A stretch of 64,000 nucleotides of DNA from a virus, in the IMG/VR virus record IMGVR_UViG_3300034121_000850, positions 18,889 through 82,888 of that record; one strand, given 5' to 3'. The translations under genes and the position numbers were made by a program. The notes under the pieces are model-generated. The model searched no databases. It worked only from the letters and a program-made list of their open reading frames with translations, and was not told the DNA's origin. This document shows positions 60,991 through 64,000 of this stretch, in pieces (position 1 is the first letter of the stretch; the number at the start of each line of letters is the position of its first letter).

Positions 60991-61189
60991 TGCTGGTCTT
61001 GTTGCTTATAGTCTATGTGTGGTTAGTGCATATGATGATTTGTCTTATGGTTAGGGGTAACTAAGATGAAAGACTGTAAGAGAACGAGCCAGTACTACTA
61101 ATACCCTTATTGTTATTATTACTATTTTAGTTGCCCAAATTATACCGTAATACTTCAGTATTAACTAATTCATATAACCCCAATAACAG

Positions 61190-61800
61190 TAATAAGCAAT
61201 TATAATAAGGTAGGAATACCGCAAGTAACCATATAATCATGGGAAGTTGTATAGAATAAAATCTCTTGACTTATATTAAAGTTAATGTCTTAAAAGCAGA
61301 GAGTAATACAGGCTAAAATGCTGTTCTATATGATGGTGGAATACTATTATAATTGTATAATACTTTAATCAATGTATAACTCATGTAGTTAATATCTTAA
61401 ATGGTTGACTGAAGAAATATAGGTCGTAGAAATGCAAGTACATTTAAGATATGAAACTACCCTGATTAATATGACTCCTATACTTGAGATATAACATTAG
61501 TTATAATCAAAACAGTTAGAAATCAGTCTAAGCTTGTATGCTAAATATTAATCAGTATAAATGAGTAGTTGTAATAACCTAAATACGATGAATTAATATA
61601 TTCGTAATATGGTCTATGTTCTAAGATAAAGATATTATCAAGGATTATTACAACTAAGTACATTAATTATTAGTAAAAGGTTATAATACTTAGGTGGTTT
61701 CATAAGTATTATGTAAAACTGTTTAACGCAGTTTCCTTTTATTATATAATAAAGAATAACTCTTTTATGTTCCTGACATAGAGTATAAAGAATGTTAAAT
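61190..61800 (+). ncRNA. candidate large structured non-coding RNA (~600 nt)
   Basis: No credible ORF; nested 11-12 bp helices 61196-207/61345-356, 61392-403/61441-452, 61462-472/61545-555 and 61566-577/61645-656, plus GNRA-capped hairpins; strand inferred from GNRA loops and G-U pairs. Confidence 0.65.
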
Positions 61801-61811
61801 ACAAGGAGTGC

Positions 61812-62039
61812 ATGGTAGCTCAAACTCAAAAAACTTTAATCATGAATTTAGTTATTATTGATGACTTTGCTTTATCTCTTATAGATAAGGTAAATTTAAA
61901 AGAACTTAATAGAGAACATCATCCTGTAATAGTAGTTGTAGTAGATTCACATGGTTATTCCAAAAGATATAAACTAAGAGAAGATACTATTGAAACTTTT
62001 ATTGCTGATATTCCTACTAAATATCTTATGATAAGATAA
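61812..62039 (+). CDS. hypothetical protein (start may be the ATG at 61842)
   Basis: 75-aa ORF. Confidence 0.55.
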   Translation: MVAQTQKTLIMNLVIIDDFALSLIDKVNLKELNREHHPVIVVVVDSHGYSKRYKLREDTIETFIADIPTKYLMIR

Positions 62040-62133
62040 ACACTTTGAGTTCGGGGGAGATAACATCAAACCTGAACTTATAATACAAACAATTACTAAT
62101 TTTAAACATTACTAACCTTTAATAATTAAAACC

Positions 62134-63030
62134 ATGTCTTTATTGACCAATTCCAAAGTATCTGTAATATCAAATTTTATCAATGGTACTGATAGCAGTA
62201 TTACATTAAAACAAATACATGACTTTAATAGTCTTATGTATGGTTTAGCTGTTCATTATCAAGATGAAAAACTAACACCTTCATATACAATTATGTATGC
62301 ATTACATAATGAAGATTTACAAGTTACTCTTTCTGAGTATATGTATGAATATATGAATAGGCTTAATCAATATACTGATGTTCGATTAGTTATTCTTACA
62401 AAAAATAACAATCCTGATGTATATGATTATAATCAACCTACTTCAATTTGTGATGAATCATGTACTGATACAGTTCCTGCTCCTATAATTGAAGTTCCTG
62501 CTCCAATATATGATGAAGAATTTTTCAAAGATTTAGAACAAAGTGATGATGAACCAACAGCAATATCAACTAATAAATTTACTGATTCTGATTTTAAATC
62601 AGAAGATGAATTTATACCTGCTGTTGATAATTTTGATGAATTTGTAGAACCTACTGTTCAAATAGAAACTGATGGACCAATAGTATTAGGTACGATTGAT
62701 TTGAGAAATATTAGTTCTAATACTCTTGATGAATATTTTAAAGATATAAATGGTTTAGTGTATAACATTAGTTTTAACCCATTACCTGTTCATATTTATC
62801 AAGTTGTTGAACCTATATTTGATGAAACTGCTAATCAATCTCGTAATACTGTACAACTTCTTATGAATTGTATATCATTACAAGAAGCATTTGAAAGAGG
62901 ACAAAATTTAGAAGAACGTCGCAGTACATCTGTTGGTGATGTAATAAATGTTAAAGATAAATATTTCATGGTTTGTGGTCGTGGTTTTAAAGAGATAACA
63001 TACCATGAATGTCTTGGAATTGCTTTCTGA
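62134..63030 (+). CDS. hypothetical protein with acidic linker and C-terminal YodL-like domain
   Basis: C-terminal L.EAF...Q....RSTSVGDVI.....YFMV...GFKEI matches the YodL-like RSLSVSDVV motif. Confidence 0.7.
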   Translation: MSLLTNSKVSVISNFINGTDSSITLKQIHDFNSLMYGLAVHYQDEKLTPSYTIMYALHNEDLQVTLSEYMYEYMNRLNQYTDVRLVILTKNNNPDVYDYNQPTSICDESCTDTVPAPIIEVPAPIYDEEFFKDLEQSDDEPTAISTNKFTDSDFKSEDEFIPAVDNFDEFVEPTVQIETDGPIVLGTIDLRNISSNTLDEYFKDINGLVYNISFNPLPVHIYQVVEPIFDETANQSRNTVQLLMNCISLQEAFERGQNLEERRSTSVGDVINVKDKYFMVCGRGFKEITYHECLGIAF

Positions 63031-63054
63031 TTCTCAATAACATATTAAAATACT

Positions 63055-63212
63055 TAGACATTGTCCTTTTAAGTTAAGGCTTGCATGAAATGTCCGTCAG
63101 GTGAGATGCCTAATTCTTGTAGGAATACAAGGTCATAGCATAAGTGATTATGAAACAATGCAGGTTATATGTTCACTAGAAAACATAATGTAGGTGAAAA
63201 TCCTATAAACTA
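63055..63212 (+). ncRNA. candidate structured ncRNA
   Basis: Hairpins GACATT/AATGTC, CTTGTA-GGAA-TACAAG, CATAA-GTGA-TTATG, TATGTT/AACATA, AGG-TGAGATG-CCT, TAGG-TGAAAAT-CCTA. Confidence 0.55.
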
Positions 63213-63359
63213 AAAACTTAAATAACTTTCCAAGTTGTTGAGGACAGCATAGTTCTTTTTATAATTCAATATGATACTACCCAGAGTAAACAACTACTCG
63301 TATTAATTGATTATATAAAGTTTCTGCTGTAAAACACAAACTAACTAAAACAATTACCC

Positions 63360-63497
63360 ATGAAATTCTACAAGTTTAAAATTACGATTGATGGTATCCA
63401 ATATGGATATACAATGCGTGCTGTTTCATTCCTTAAAGCAATGAAAGAACTATTAACACGTTATGAGTACAAGTGTATTCATTTCGTTATGAATTAA
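63360..63497 (+). CDS. small hypothetical protein (45 aa)
   Basis: MKFYKFKITIDGIQYGYTMRAVSFLKAMKELLTRYEYKCIHFVMN* with an A-rich leader. Confidence 0.55.
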   Translation: MKFYKFKITIDGIQYGYTMRAVSFLKAMKELLTRYEYKCIHFVMN

Positions 63498-63528
63498 CCT
63501 TTTAATTAACCTGTAAATAATAAAACAA

Positions 63529-63741
63529 ATGCGTGTTCAAGTCCTCGATAATCAAACCTTTAACAAAGGTGGTAATGTTGCTGCTTTAAGAGCAGAAGTT
63601 GTTGCATCTAGTAATGCAAATAAAATTGATACTAAATCAATGTCATTTGAAAAGTATGCAAAAACAGCTGAAGATAAATTAGATTTAAAAGAAATGAAAG
63701 TTTCATTTAAATTAAACCCATTGGTATTCCCAATGATGTAA
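63529..63741 (+). CDS. hypothetical protein
   Basis: 70-aa ORF with an A-rich leader. Confidence 0.7.
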   Translation: MRVQVLDNQTFNKGGNVAALRAEVVASSNANKIDTKSMSFEKYAKTAEDKLDLKEMKVSFKLNPLVFPMM

Positions 63742-63748
63742 TTAATAT

Positions 63749-64000
63749 GGGGGCGACTGGTTTTGATTGCAATACGAATATTACTAACAAGCATGAGAAT
63801 GATATTATACTCATTAAAAATGTATATCACCAACAAACGGCAAAGTTAAGAACTTGTCTAATCATGTTGGGTTTGTAAACTATGCTGCACCACGTGTGCA
63901 GTATGGTATTGCTGCCTAAGTAAATGATATGAGCATCTATGCTTGGAAACAGAAAATAGAAAGCGTGAAGTAACTATAAAACTTAAATTATAGCAGTTCT
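63749..64000 (+). ncRNA. ssrA: tmRNA (5' part; 3' end beyond window)
   Basis: 5' GGGGGCGACTGGTTTTGA, CAAGCATG, PK1-like ATGAG/CTCAT pairing, and tag ORF 63839-63919 GKVKNLSNHVGFVNYAAPRVQYGIAA*. Confidence 0.88.

Noticed and set aside
63185-63212. tRNA gene suggested by GTAGGTGAAAATCCTA
   Set aside because: T-arm-like only; it lacks TTC, an acceptor stem and an anticodon arm. Kept as part of a candidate ncRNA.
59443-63836. Minus-strand ORFs at 59443, 59935, 60382, 61638 and 63552
   Set aside because: Antisense to plus-strand genes or to structured RNA/tmRNA; no supporting context.
1-64000. Stop-codon reassignment (TAG/TGA), known in some crAss-like phages
   Set aside because: Long genes are intact in code 11, and TAG (e.g. 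MCP) and TGA serve as real stops followed by new starts.

Overview
A 64 kb segment of an AT-rich crAss-like (Crassvirales) podophage genome with a probable Bacteroidota host, read in the standard genetic code. Positions 1-3.3 kb (+) hold the end of the replication/recombination block: DNA ligase C-terminus, PD-(D/E)XK nuclease, DUF932 and a GroES-like protein. Positions 3.4-57 kb (-) are the canonical crAss late block: three to four injected cargo proteins including a 5748-aa DFDID-type virion RNA polymerase polyprotein, muzzle/ring/hub tail proteins, holin, a methyltransferase plus glycosyltransferase insert, capsid genes, portal, terminase and a DUF5675 protein. Positions 57.4-64 kb (+) are a divergent region of small genes that is rich in structured non-coding sequence: a candidate ~600-nt multi-domain RNA, two shorter structured elements, palindromic sites and the 5' part of a tmRNA with a long tag. 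The most notable items are the large candidate ncRNA at ~61.2-61.8 kb and the repeat-bounded modules and accessory domains (SLOG, DUF4326-like, AlkB-like, zincin, nucleotidyltransferase) in the injected polyproteins. All calls come from motif recognition and gene order by eye; no searches were run.
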